A program made the position numbers and the translations under genes. A stretch of DNA of 40,768 nucleotides from Octopus sinensis (taxonomy: Eukaryota): contig NW_021835949.1 of NCBI RefSeq assembly GCF_006345805.1, positions 1 through 40,768 of the forward strand, in the 5' to 3' direction. Below the pieces are notes generated by a model that was not told the DNA's origin, made no database searches, and worked only from the letters and a program-made list of their open reading frames with translations. This document shows, one piece after another, positions 1-12,019 of this stretch; the stretch's first letter is position 1; every line of letters begins with the position of its first letter.

Positions 1-164
1 AGTAAAAATACTGGTAATAATAATAATAATATAATAATAATACTAGCAATAAAATAATGATGCATGAGTACGGAAAATATCATTAAGGCTTTAGCGTAGG
101 TAGAAATACTTATCGTAAGCTAGGTTAGTGAGCGTCTGGGAGAAGATTAGCCTACGGGAGGGCT

Positions 165-243
165 TGACTGCGCATATTAGACGCAGGGCGATTTTTTGAG
201 CCAAAATTTTTGGGAAAAAAGTGCGTCCTAATGCCGTCAATAC

Positions 244-247
<4 letters not shown>
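165..247. mobile_element. Terminal fragment of a Tc1/mariner-superfamily (Tc2/pogo-like) DNA transposon or MITE
   Basis: Reverse complement reads TACCGTATTTGACGGCATTAGGACGCACTTTTTTCCC...GCGTCTAATATGCG, the typical TACCGTATTT..AGACGCA terminus with a subterminal inverted copy. It ends at TA next to a (TA)n tract. The other end is not seen. Confidence 0.5.
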
Positions 248-288
<41 letters not shown>

Positions 289-401
289 TATATATAATAT
301 ATATTATATAATATATATAATATATATATATATATATTATAAATATATATATATATATAATATATTATATATTATAATATATATAAATAATAATATATAT
401 A

Positions 402-476
<75 letters not shown>

Positions 477-505
477 ATATAATATCACATATAATATATA
501 TATAG
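246..505. repeat. Imperfect (TA)n microsatellite
   Basis: Directly visible. It explains the poly-YI ORFs 221..505 and 337..648. Confidence 0.95.
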
Positions 506-1087
506 CGGGTGAGAGAAAAAGAGGATAAGGCGAAGAGTGAGTCAGAGAAAGGGAGAAAGAAGAAGAGAGAATAAAAAGATGAAGAGAAAGAAAAAGAGGG
601 AGAAGCCCCCATGACGCCATGTGGTATGGGGAACCTAATATTTATCACGTGGTTAAAAATGTTAGCTGAAGGTTGTGAGACAGAGAAATTTAGAAATATA
701 ATTTTATAGGAGGGGCGGTTCTGAGGGTGAGGTTAAAGATAAACAGAGAGAGAGAGAGAGAGACAGTAGGGAGAGAGTAAAAGAGAGAGATGATGATGGT
801 GGTGATGATGGTGCTGATGGTGGTGGTGGTGAGTGGATAGTTAAAAGCATATCTTTTTTTTAATTGAACTAAGTCCTTTTATTACGGTTGTATCATATGT
901 CCCGATATATATAATATATTATATATATATATATATTATATTAATTTCAACAATTGAGGGTAAAATTAATTAATATTAATCAATTTCACCAAGTATTCAG
1001 TATGTAAAGGGACCATTTTAGGCGGATTTTAGCTGCTATTTCTAATGAGTTCAGTATGTGGCAAAGTAATTTATTTTACTAAGCCCT

Positions 1088-1140
<53 letters not shown>

Positions 1141-1639
1141 TTGTTATGGGAAAATAAGAGTGAATGTTTGTTTTATGAGTGCTGTGTATAAGTCTCTAAT
1201 CTTGTGCATAAAGTATATGAAGTGTATATGTAAAGGGCATTAAGTAATCATCGTATTCCAGTTTCGTTCACCTTTCAATGAGTAGCAGATGAGTGACTAT
1301 TTATCCGTACTGAAACAACACAGCCAACGCTTTCACGTTATTTGGATAAAGTTTTCAGAAATAACCCAATAAGTTTATCATTAATTCCGTGAAATATTCA
1401 TGGCTTCTGCTTGTATGTATATGAATGTACGTACATACGAATGTATGTATGAATGTGTGTATACATGTGAAGATGTATATCTGCAAACGCTATACGCATC
1501 GGACTAAAAGCTTCCAATAAAAAACTCGTTTTCTCAGAAAAATGTTTGTGTTGTTGAACACATTAAGCTACATAGAAAACTCACTGACCTGTAGTAAGCT
1601 GACCATTGGTCCGTTGGTAACCAATGACAAGTAGTTGTT

Positions 1640-1845
1640 AATAAAGCATAACATATCTTACGTATATATTCAGACATGTATAATAGAACGCGGAAGTAGT
1701 CTTGTGTTGAGTAACGACTGTTGTATCACTTAAAAATTCAGTGAAATTCTCTTTCGGTGGATTGTCTATTTTATTATCAAGTTATGTCTGGACATTTTAT
1801 TTACGTTTATTACCAGTTATATATTGGTTAAACCCAGGTGTAAGT
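1640..1845 (+). promoter_or_regulatory. Putative promoter / non-coding first exon of the caspase gene
   Basis: ETS-like CGGAAGT core at 1688-1697. Candidate donor GTAAGT at 1840-1845 and candidate acceptor CAG at 2123-2125, two bases before the ATG. The block has a paralogue at 9745-9932. Function is inferred. Confidence 0.35.
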
Positions 1846-2127
1846 TTAACAAATGTTGATCTTTTACCTTATCAATTTTAATCTACATTTATTGATATCT
1901 ATTGAATAATCACTTGCCTTGATATCTATAATCACACCATCTTGATATCTATAAACAATTCAATTTCACTTTTATTCCTGTGCTGAACAACGACAAGAAC
2001 GGCGCTAATCCATCGTCGTTTCCCTTTCCTTAACTGCTGTCAAATGTTTAAACCAACTTTCATAACAATCAACGGTTTTTTGTTCTCCTGATACATTTCT
2101 GGACATTCATACATATTCCGATCAGTC

Positions 2128-2955
2128 ATGGACTACGAAAAGGCACAATGTCTAAAAGGTATATTATTTAATGAAAAATCACCTGAAGATGTTGAAAAGT
2201 GGTCTGATGAGGAAAGTACCAGATATGATATGGATCCTAATAAACGTAATCTGGCCGTTATAATCACTAACGAAAAATTCAAGGAATTGAATTTTCGGGA
2301 AGGAGCTGATGAAGATACACGAACAATTAAAAATGCATTGGAATCATTAGATTTTGAAGTGGAAGAATTGAAGAATCAATCAGTTAAACAGATGAAAAAA
2401 GCCTTACGGAAAATACAAAATAAAGGAGGGAAATACAACTGCTTTGTTTGTGTTATATCAACTCACGGTAAAATCGGAGACAAGATATGTGGCAATGACA
2501 AGGAAGTACTTATTGAGGATTTAGTGGAGGAGGTACTTCCTGGTAAATGTCCAGGTTTAGAAGGTAAACCAAAACTATTCTTCATACAAGCCTGTCGTGG
2601 AAAAAAAACGGACGAGGGTGCAAGTCAGAACAGTGCTATTAAAACTGAAAAGGTAGACGTTACTGATATCATAACTCACAAAATACCCGTTTGGGTAGAC
2701 GTACTTGTAGCTTATTCAAGTGTCTCGGAATATTACTCCTGGAGAAATGTAACCGATGGATCTTGGTTTCTTCAAGCGTTAGCTTACATTTTACAACACT
2801 ACGGAAAGAAACTTGAGCTGCAAGAATTAATGCTTTTGGTTAATCATGTGATTGCGTCTAAAGAGACTAGAAGCACCGATTGTGAAAAGAACAAAAAGAA
2901 ACAGATTCCTTCAATATCGAACACGTTAACAAAGGAACTATACTTTGAGAAGTAA
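2128..2955 (+). CDS. Effector-type caspase (caspase-3/7-like, peptidase C14A), 275 aa, uninterrupted coding sequence
   Basis: Intact ORF with good start context (gtcATGG). Motifs: LAVIITN..F, R.G...D, catalytic His in STHG, GKPKLFFIQACRG with catalytic Cys, p10 motifs DVLVAYSS, YSWRN..DGSWFLQAL, KQIP and TLTKELYF. Short prodomain; DVTD in the intersubunit linker. Confidence 0.93.
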   Translation: MDYEKAQCLKGILFNEKSPEDVEKWSDEESTRYDMDPNKRNLAVIITNEKFKELNFREGADEDTRTIKNALESLDFEVEELKNQSVKQMKKALRKIQNKGGKYNCFVCVISTHGKIGDKICGNDKEVLIEDLVEEVLPGKCPGLEGKPKLFFIQACRGKKTDEGASQNSAIKTEKVDVTDIITHKIPVWVDVLVAYSSVSEYYSWRNVTDGSWFLQALAYILQHYGKKLELQELMLLVNHVIASKETRSTDCEKNKKKQIPSISNTLTKELYFEK

Positions 2956-3459
2956 AAATCTTCCTTTCTCTTACGTTCCCCCTCCTCACTCTTTAACTTT
3001 CTCTCTCCTTCATCCTCTCCACACTCACACATATATTTACGCATATAGGTATATGTATATATAGGAACACAAATAAGCATGCATAAATACACACATACAG
3101 ACACACACTCATGTATGTACATATGATACACACACACAGCACACACACACACATAAATATATATATATATATATGAATGCATGTATGTAATATTTGGGAC
3201 TAATAGGTATATGTCGATTAGTGTGTGGAAGTGTTGTGTAAAGCACTGGTGGGGTTTGGGCTACCTGGTGCAATCTGCAGTTGGGGTATATTTCCATTAG
3301 ATCTACTTCAGGAATACTGCAGTGTTAATCGATATAATAATAATTAAGTAACCAGATGTTGCACGCATTCCAAACCATAATGGACGGTAGACTACTACCA
3401 AATCCATCTTTTAGTTAATTGCGGAATTACTTTTATTATTAATATATATATATAAATAT

Positions 3460-4810
3460 ATATCCTTGAGATTTCTACTTTTTCTTTTCCAATTCTCTTG
3501 TAAGAACTTGTTATTCCCTTGCATTGTAATTGAGCGACGACATCTGGTTCTAAGCACGATATCGTATAGTTCAAGTACCAAAGGAGAAAGTAATGCTGTA
3601 GATCAAATATCCGGATCAGAGACTTACATTTTACATTATAACTTTTATAAGATATTAAATTTGCAAAGAAAAAAATACTTTCCTAATTCTTTGTTCTTCA
3701 CGTTGAAATAATTGAAATGCTGTAAAAATGATAATATTGATAATTTGGTTTTGTATTTTATAAAATACATTATAATCATGAACATCCTGTTTTTTTTTTC
3801 TGTTAGAACTACATTGCTTTGTACGGTCTTTCATTTGTTAATACGGTTGGCTGTTATTTCAGAGAACTTTGACTGTTATATCGGCAGTTTCCTGCCTTAT
3901 CACCAGCGCACTTACGTTTATAAATTTTTAACAATTTCACATTTTCCCGCTCGCTTTGTCACACAAAAAGTCATAATGGAAAACGCCTAACGCTAGCTGC
4001 TAATTAAAGAATATTTCAACCAGGAGTCGCAGACGCAGATCGAGATACGATTCAAGAGTCAAAGATAGCCAATAATACATGATTGAGACTTTGTTAAATA
4101 TTATTTCCTTATTGAATTGTTGTCGAGTAGACTTATAATGAAATACATTGTAATCATGAACTTTCAGTTAATATCCCATGATAGGATCACGCAGGGCATT
4201 GAAATTAAGAGCCGTTCCTCAGTTGTAGAGTGGAATCTATTCTACCAAAATGTAACTGGAGAATATTTCCTCCGAAATTCTGATGAATAAGAAAGCCAGA
4301 AAATATTGTGGATATACAATATTATAAAAACTCGAGAGAAAAGAGAATTTTTTATAAATATAAATACTAGAGAGAAGGTGCGTGGCCTAGGGGTTAGGTA
4401 ATAGTAATCACGAGTTCAAGATCGTAATTTCGATTCCAGGACCGAGCAGTGTGTGGTGTTATTGAGAAAAACACTTCATTTCTTATTGTGTCAGTCCACT
4501 CGGTCGTAAATGAGTAACCCTGTGACGGACTTGAATCCTGTTGAGGACGAATGTTGCGATTTCGGTTACTGAAACGCTGTGGAATTGGGTAACCCAACAC
4601 GTGAATCCTAGGAGTCGAGACGGTACTTATTTGCACCTACAAAAGGAAAAAGAGAAAACATTCAAAGAAATCAATCCAGTGCAGCGAGGTGGCCACCGAC
4701 CACCCGTCAAAACAAGCCAACAAAACGACTGCATTCACATACTTTTATCTGGCAACGCTCACTGTGTTTATGCATTATACATCTCTCTCTCTCTCCCTCT
4801 CATACACACA
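3460..4810 (+). repeat. Unit 1 of a diverged ~1.3 kb tandem duplication
   Basis: Anchors shared with unit 2: ccttga.atttctac (3465/4819), acggttggctgttatttcagag, tacgattcaagagtcaaagatagccaataatac (33 bp identical), and near-identical SINE plus downstream sequence (offset 1316 at ORFs 4541/5857). Confidence 0.85.
4377..4620 (+). mobile_element. tRNA-derived SINE
   Basis: A-box-like TGGCCTAGGGG, B-box-like TTTCGATTCC, followed by gtgtgtggtgttattgagaaaaacac. The same head family occurs at 5690 and 26352. Confidence 0.65.
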
Positions 4811-4811
4811 T

Positions 4812-6097
4812 ATATAACCTTGATATTTCTACTTCTCCGTTTCCAGTTCTTTTCTGAGAACTTATTTTGTTTGATTGTAATATTGTTTTTATGTTCATCA
4901 AAATTTATTCAGTAACATATGACAGAGAACTGATAACATTGGTAATTTGATTTTACTTCTTAACATTAATGGCAGAAACTATTATTTCCTTGTTCAATTG
5001 TTGTCCATTGGACTTATAATAAAATTACATTGTAACCATGAACATCTTTTTTCGTTATTTTTATTAAGACTACATCGCTTTATACGGTCTTTCAATTCTT
5101 AACACGGTTGGCTGTTATTTCAGAGTTGTTTGAATGCTACATCGACATTTCTTCAGTTTCTCACCAGTCACCACTGCTGCACTTACGTTTATAACCTGTT
5201 AACAATTTCACTTTTTTTTCCGATTGATTTACCTAATTAACAACACCTTACGCCGGCTGCAAGGTAAAGAATTTTTCAACCAAATGTCGCAGGCGCAGAT
5301 TGAGCTACGATTCAAGAGTCAAAGATAGCCAATAATACGATGACTAAGACTTTGTTAAAATTGCAAGGCTGAAGAACCATGCTCAAGAACTAGCGATAAA
5401 TTTAACAACAGCTGCGCAACATATCATTGCTGACTAATACAAGATTGGAAATAATGTTTCTATTTACACTGCTAAGATAATGTCCCAGGATAAATTCATG
5501 CAGGGCTTGGAAATTAAGAGCCATTCCTCAGTTCTTGACTGGAATCTCTTCGACCAAATTGTAACCGTGGAATGTTTCCTCTGAAATCTTGATCGATTCA
5601 AAAGTAAAAACAGAGAATACAGTGGATATACGATCTTAAGAAAAATTCGAGATAAAAGAGAATCTTTGATAGATATAAAGACTAGAGCGGGAGTGCGTGG
5701 CCAAGCGGTTAGCTAGCTGTACCCACGAGTTCAAAATCATGGTTTCGATTCTAGGACCGGGCAGTGTGTGGTGTTATTGAGAAAAAACACTTCATTTCTT
5801 ATTGTGTCAGTCCACTCGGTCGTAAATGAGTAACCCTGTGACGGACTTGAATCCTGTTGAGGACGAATGTTGCGATTTCGGTTACTGAAACGCTGTGGAA
5901 TCGGGTAACCCGACACGTGAATCCTAGGAGTCGAGACAGTACTTATTTGCACCTGCAAAAGGAAAAAGAGAAAACATTCAAAGAAAACACTCCAGTGCAG
6001 CGAGGTGGCCACCGACTACCCGTCAAAACAAGCCAACAAAACGACTGCATTCACATACTTTTATCTGGCAACGCTCACTGTATTTATGTATTATACC

Positions 6098-6130
<33 letters not shown>
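4812..6130 (+). repeat. Unit 2 of a diverged ~1.3 kb tandem duplication
   Basis: Collinear with 3460-4810; ends in a (CT)n tract like unit 1. Confidence 0.85.
5690..5935 (+). mobile_element. tRNA-derived SINE (duplicate of 4377-4620)
   Basis: TGGCCAAGCGG A box, GGTTTCGATTC B box; body near-identical to the unit 1 copy. Confidence 0.65.
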
Positions 6131-6879
6131 TCTCTCTTTTTCTTTCTCTCTCACTCACTCTCTTCCTTCCTCGCTCTCTCCGATGAAGCTATAAGGTGTT
6201 AGTCCGGTACTCAGCTATCAGTCCATTGCATCCGATAGCAGAAACGACTGTAAGTTTCTGCAGTTCATCAGATAATTCTTTATTCTTTTGTCATCTCATT
6301 TTCTTCTTGCAATTCTGTACTCGACGAACTCTTTGTCATGATGCAGATGTATATTGAGCTCTGCACCCGGTTATCCAAGAAATGAAAAAAGGTAAATCCA
6401 CATCGGGTAACACCCAACCAAATTTCAGCTTTCCCCTTCTACCAGTGCAAAGATACAATTTCTATACAAGGACGTTTAAATAAGGGAAATTCATTCATCG
6501 AAAAATACAGAACACGTCTAAATATGAAAGCATAACAAACTTTAATCTCTATACATATTTGAATTCATGGTCACATACACATCACTGTAAATATTTCTTC
6601 CCACTACTCTAGTTTTTGAAATTTTGTGCATATATATATTTCCCCATCACCACCGAAAGATGAACAACTATCTCGCCTGTCCACAGGGGATATACGCACA
6701 CTAACTCACGCATATATACCTATAAATACATATATACAGACATACATATAGATATGAAATAAGCTGCTTACCACACAGCCAATACATATATTTACAGAGA
6801 GGGAGAGAGTTTGAAGCTTGCCCTATTTTATAGGGAGTCCATGGCTCAAAATAGTATATGATTTGAACAGGGTTTATTG

Positions 6880-7170
6880 GTAAAGGATAGTCACATGACT
6901 GGTCTTGGAAATGTTTGTAGGTTCCTTGCTTCGTACGTGTGTTAGCATATATTTACTGACTATATATCGGTGGGGGGGGGGATCCCAAGAGGCCTCCTGC
7001 ATGAGGAAGTGGCCACGAAAACATGAACACGAGGACGATTTTATGTTCGTTTGAAGGACGTCAGCCGGAAATATATGAAGTCGCTTGATCAGGACGTCCT
7101 GAGAAGGGAGAAGATCGCAAATGATCACCCACGCTGGAAACAAATGCTGCAAAAAGGTATAAAGCGAGGG
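6880..7170 (+). mobile_element. Degenerate RTE-clade LINE fragment (ORF C-terminal region)
   Basis: Conceptual translation GLGNVCR...IPRGLLHEEVATKT*TRGRFYVRLKDVSRKYMKSLDQDVLRREKIANDHPRWKQMLQKG resembles the RTE C-terminus WLGHV.RM..RIPK.LLYGEL..G.R..GRP..R.KD..K..MK......WE..A.DR..W. Confidence 0.7.
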
Positions 7171-7184
7171 GGAAAAACTGGAAT

Positions 7185-7325
7185 TTGTCACCAAGGAAAT
7201 ACACTCACAAGGCTTTGGTCTGCCCGTGGCTATGGTAGACGACACTGACCCAAGGGGCCACGCAGTAGGCCTGAACCAAGAAACCTGTGGTTGGGAAGCA
7301 AGCTTCTTACCACAGTCACGCTGCA
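7185..7325 (-). mobile_element. Diverged tRNA-derived SINE head fragment
   Basis: Similar to the 18900-19020 part of the major SINE (ctcacaaggc.ttggtc.gccc..ggctat...ccacgcagtagg.ctgaacc...cttaccacag). Confidence 0.7.
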
Positions 7326-7350
7326 CCGATATATATATATTATATATATA

Positions 7351-7392
<42 letters not shown>

Positions 7393-7403
7393 ATATACAT
7401 ACA

Positions 7404-7436
<33 letters not shown>

Positions 7437-7487
7437 GTATGTATGTATGTTGTAGGAAGTTAAAAATGAGGTACATATGTATTTCCG

Positions 7488-7525
<38 letters not shown>

Positions 7526-7543
7526 TACATACATACGTACAAC

Positions 7544-7580
<37 letters not shown>

Positions 7581-7817
7581 TGTAGGCAGTTAAAAATGAG
7601 GTACTTATGTATATTCATAGGCCTCGGCAGAGATTATAAAGTACTTTCAAAATATAGATATATACCTGTCGACAAACACAATATAAGAATATTAAAAATT
7701 ATATTAAACCTATGTAAAGCGTGTGCATTTTGCTTCTTTAATTTCCTGTTTATATTACAACTCACAACGTAGGGATAATCGAAATTCCTCCCTTTCTTTC
7801 CTTATACATGTATATGC

Positions 7818-7855
<38 letters not shown>

Positions 7856-7875
7856 TATATATGTATGTATATACA

Positions 7876-9163
7876 CGAGGGGCGTTCAATAAGTAATGCC
7901 CCTGACCCACTTCCCATAGCAGTAGAGCAACGAAACTTGGCACAGTTATTAGTCTTTTTCTACGTAGGAACCACCTAGAGTTACGCATTTCTCCCATCGT
8001 TTGATGCAGCTCTGGAGACTGTTTTTGTAGAAGACCCCAGCTTGGTCCTCCAACCACGACGTGACTTCAGAAATCAAGGCTGCATCATCTGGGAAACGCT
8101 TTCCTTTCAAAAACAACTTCATGGCTGGGAAGAGGTGAAAATCAGAGGGCGCAAGGTCAGGAGAGTAGGGGGATGGGGGAGGAGTTCATAGTCGCACGCC
8201 TGTGCTTCTGATCTGGCGACATGCGAGTTGTAGACCGGAGCGTTGTTCTGCAGGAGGAGGATGCTTTTGCTGATCTTGCTCCGCCTCTTGAATTTGACAG
8301 CTTCTCTTAATTTCCTCAAAAATGAAGCATAATAGGCTCCTGTAATTGTGGTACCCTTTGCCAGGAAATCTGTTATCACTACTCTGTCCTGGTCCCAGAA
8401 GACTATGAGCATAACCTTGCCAGCGGAGGGCAGCATCCTTGCCTTCTATGAAGGAATTGAGTCACGGTGCTTCCACTGCATTGACTGGGCGTTGGTCTCT
8501 GGATCATAGAGATGGACCCAGGTTTTATCCTGTGTAATCAGTCTTTTGAAAAATTTTGACTCATCTTCTTGGCACATCTCCAAATTCATCCTCGAGCACT
8601 CAACGCGTTCTTGCTTCTGGAATGGTGTGAGCAACCTGGGAATTCATCTTGCAGACACGTTTTGCATATGCAAATGGTCATGAATGATATTTTCCACAGA
8701 CCTGGTACTAATCTTGACCTCATGGGCTATTTGGCGAATAGTTATGCGTCGATCTTCCAAAATGGCAGCCTCTACTTGACAGACAGATGCCTCATCAATG
8801 GCAGAAGGGGGCGACAAGATCTGGGAGCTGTTTCCACAGAGTTCCGACCATGTTTGAATTCACGATGCCAGCGTTTTACAAGGTCATATGATGGGGCATC
8901 TTCACCATAAGTTTCTTTCATTTCATCGAAAGTCTCCCGTGGTGTGCGTCCTTTCAAATACAAAAAACGGATCACTGCTCGATACTCAACAGGCTGCATT
9001 TCACACTTGACTCAGTTCAAACACATGTAAATCAGAAACCACAATTAGTTCAGAGCTGTAATTGGTCGCTTAATCTATCGAGATATAAATAATTGCACAT
9101 GCAAAATTCAGCTAGATCACAACTGCAAGTGGGTCAGGGGCATTACTTAATGAACGTCCCCCG
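7876..9163 (-). mobile_element. Full-length but inactive mariner transposon (~1.29 kb)
   Basis: 37-bp TIRs at 7876-7912 and 9127-9163 (3 mismatches), TA at the right end, embedded in (TA)n; internal transposase remnants. Confidence 0.93.
7960..8999 (-). pseudogene. Mariner transposase pseudogene
   Basis: Frameshifted pieces 8772..8999 (YRAVIRFL..G HTH, RWHREFKHG), 8446..8634 (LITQDKTWVHLYDPET..QSMQW) and 8119..8436 (GKVMLIVFWD, LLLQNNAP where HDNA is mutated, HPP then frameshift before SPDL). The 3' limit is approximate. Confidence 0.9.
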
Positions 9164-9211
9164 TATATATATATATATATATATAATATATATATATTAT
9201 AATAATATATA

Positions 9212-9245
<34 letters not shown>

Positions 9246-9332
9246 CTATATAATATATATATATATACATATATATATAATGCATATATATGAAATGGTG
9301 TACATTAAAATCATTATTACCCTGATATTATT

Positions 9333-9367
<35 letters not shown>

Positions 9368-9386
9368 GTGTGTATATATACGTATG

Positions 9387-9425
<39 letters not shown>

Positions 9426-9744
9426 ATATATATATAACAATGTATGTAGGTTTGTATATAGGTATGAGCGTAAGTATGTATGTGTGTGGACTTCGTGTAC
9501 GCCTGTGTGTGTATGTGTGTGTATGTGTATGTGTGTGTGCGTGCGTGCGTGTGTGTATTCATGTTCAAAAGCACATCTGCGAGGCTAGACGCATTGAACA
9601 AAAAGCTCGCAATATAATATGTCGTTTTGTAACAAATATCTTTCTTTTATTTCTTCCGTGTAAATTACAAAGAAAACTTTTCTGTCATCGGCGTCGTCCT
9701 AACTGTAGTTCATTTTTCCTTGGCTCATTTTTAACCATTAATTT

Positions 9745-9932
9745 TGAAGCTTAACATCTTTTACAAGTAAGATGATAACGTTCACACAATATATAAAATA
9801 AATATGACGCGGAAGTTGCCGTGTGCTGAATGACTTTTGTAGAATCACGTCCATAGTCAGTGAAATTGACAGCGGAGTGTCCTTATTATTATCAAGTTGT
9901 ATGGGCACATTTTGTTAAAGTATCAACTTATA
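9745..9932 (+). repeat. Diverged paralogue of the caspase upstream block 1640-1825
   Basis: Exact anchors acgcggaagt (1688/9807), tcagtgaaatt (1738/9857; same 50-bp spacing) and ttattatcaagtt (1771/9886). Confidence 0.75.
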
Positions 9933-10408
9933 TCAGTCCCCCAGAACATCACATGGTTCTGGAGGTGGTCCTTATGTCCTGCAGTAATTTGGGGAACTGT
10001 ACTTTTGTGATCCTTTCTAAATATTCGCGGAAGAATCCGATGGTGCCCATCTGGAAGTTTTGATTTTCTTCCGGGTTTTGTTTCGGCGAGGAGGTTTTCC
10101 CTCTTACTTTCGAGACACTACTTTTTGATACACAAAACATTTCGGCTGTTTCCGTTACACTAGCACCTGCCATCCGAGCACCAACAATTTTGACCTGTTT
10201 CAAAGTCCGAGAGATCTGTCATTGCAATAAATTTTAATTACCTTTTTCTGATGATACCTGAAAAGAAACAGCAATTTTATTAAAACATATTAAGCAACAC
10301 TAATAACAAATCACAAAGCAAAAAAATAATCAAGCTTTGACGGTTTTATAGATATTTAAATATTATGATGCTATGATGCCCGGTGTTTCCATTATTTTGT
10401 CCAACCCG
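9933..10408 (-). mobile_element. Truncated Tc1-like element (one end plus transposase HTH)
   Basis: The minus-strand end TACGGGTTGGACAAAATAATGGAAACACC is a Tc1-type TIR. ORF 9949..10203 QVKIVGARMAGASVTETAEMFCVSKSSVSKV is a Tc1 N-terminal HTH. Confidence 0.8.
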
Positions 10409-10705
10409 TATATATAAATGTATATATACACACACACACACACACATATATGTATATATATACAAAATGGGACAAGAACGCAAAACATCTGGACAGTATG
10501 TATGTATTTATTATGTACGTATACACACACACACACACACACACATATATATGCATATGTGTAATAATATATGTGTGTGTGTATATATATGTATATATAT
10601 ATCTATATCTATCTATCTATCTATCTATATATATATATATTTATCTATCTATCAATCTCTCTCTACATATATATATATATATATGTATATGTATATGTAT
10701 ATATT

Positions 10706-10759
<54 letters not shown>

Positions 10760-10832
10760 CTTGTTTTTGTGCCTTATTTATATATAAAATACGATAATTA
10801 GCCGTCATTTTTGACGGCACGGAGTCCATCTA

Positions 10833-10868
<36 letters not shown>

Positions 10869-10877
10869 AATTCTTAT

Positions 10878-11143
10878 ATTTTGTTTCAGTCATTTGATTG
10901 CAGCCATGCTGGAGCACCGCACTTAGTCGAACAATTCGACCCTAACACTTATTTTTTGTAAGACTAGTAGCTATTCTATTGGCCTCTTTTGCCGAACCGC
11001 TAAGTTACGGAGACGTAAACACACCACCATCGATTGTCATGTAATGGTGAGGGGATAAACACAGACACACAAACATATGCATACATACAAATATCTATAC
11101 ACACACGCACATACATTTATATATATATACATACATGTGTATG

Positions 11144-11178
<35 letters not shown>

Positions 11179-11372
11179 TATATGTATATATATGTGTGTG
11201 TGTGTGTTTGTGTGTATGTATATGACGACCTTCTAGTTTCCGTCTACCAAATCCACTCACCAGTCTTTAGTCGGCCCGGGGATATAGTAGAGGACACTTG
11301 CGTAAATTACCACGCAGTGAGACTGAACCCGGAACCGTGTGGTTTTAAGCAAGCTACTTATCTCACAGCCAA
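10878..11372 (-). mobile_element. tRNA-derived SINE (major family) with expanded internal TA/CA microsatellite
   Basis: Same body as 18622-19020 (gtttcagtcatttga.tgc.gccatgctggagca; gccgaaccgctaagt; gtttccgtctaccaaat; ctgaacccggaacc). Confidence 0.85.
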
Positions 11373-11374
11373 CA

Positions 11375-11381
11375 TATATGT

Positions 11382-11426
<45 letters not shown>

Positions 11427-11459
11427 ATATATATATATATATATATATATACATACTAC

Positions 11460-11553
<94 letters not shown>

Positions 11554-11700
11554 GTAATATATATATATATATATATATACATACATACATACATATATAT
11601 GTTATATAATATAACATATATATATGTATATATATATACATACATATATTTGTATATATATATATACATACATACATATATATATATATATACATCATAC

Positions 11701-11731
<31 letters not shown>

Positions 11732-11802
11732 ATATATACATACATACATACATATATATATGTATATATTATATATATATATACATACATACATACATAT
11801 AT

Positions 11803-11882
<80 letters not shown>

Positions 11883-11897
11883 CTATATATATATATA
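11375..11897. repeat. Long (TA)n/(TACA)n microsatellite
   Basis: Directly visible. Confidence 0.95.
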
Positions 11898-11984
11898 GTT
11901 AAACCAAACACGAAAGCACAAAAAAACACAACGCGAGGACGTGGAACAAATATAGTATTATTGGACGCTCAGGAAAGAAGGAGG

Positions 11985-12019
11985 GTTTAACGTTTCGAGC
12001 GGAGCTCTTCGTCGGAAAC
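11985..12019 (-). ncRNA. Candidate minimal type I hammerhead ribozyme of the Penelope-element kind
   Basis: Minus strand GUUU-CCGACGA-A-GAGC-UCC-GCUC-GAAA-CG-UU-AAAC. Stem I is GUUU/AAAC, stem II is GAGC/GCUC. The core is a CUGANGA variant (U4C) with one extra nt, then GAAA and a palindromic ACGU stem III. It lies on the same strand as, and downstream of, the PLE ORF. Confidence 0.6.

Noticed and set aside
930-1085. Non-microsatellite island that may be a repeat terminus
   Set aside because: There is no second copy or diagnostic motif in the window, so it is left unannotated.
1890-1955. Three ttgatatcta motifs upstream of the caspase
   Set aside because: They could be a small local tandem duplication in AT-rich DNA; there is no evidence for a regulatory role.
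2128-2955. Caspase as cargo of a virus, Polinton or other transposon
   Set aside because: No flanking TIRs, integrase, polymerase or capsid ORFs are visible, and no clear poly-A tail or TSD remains.
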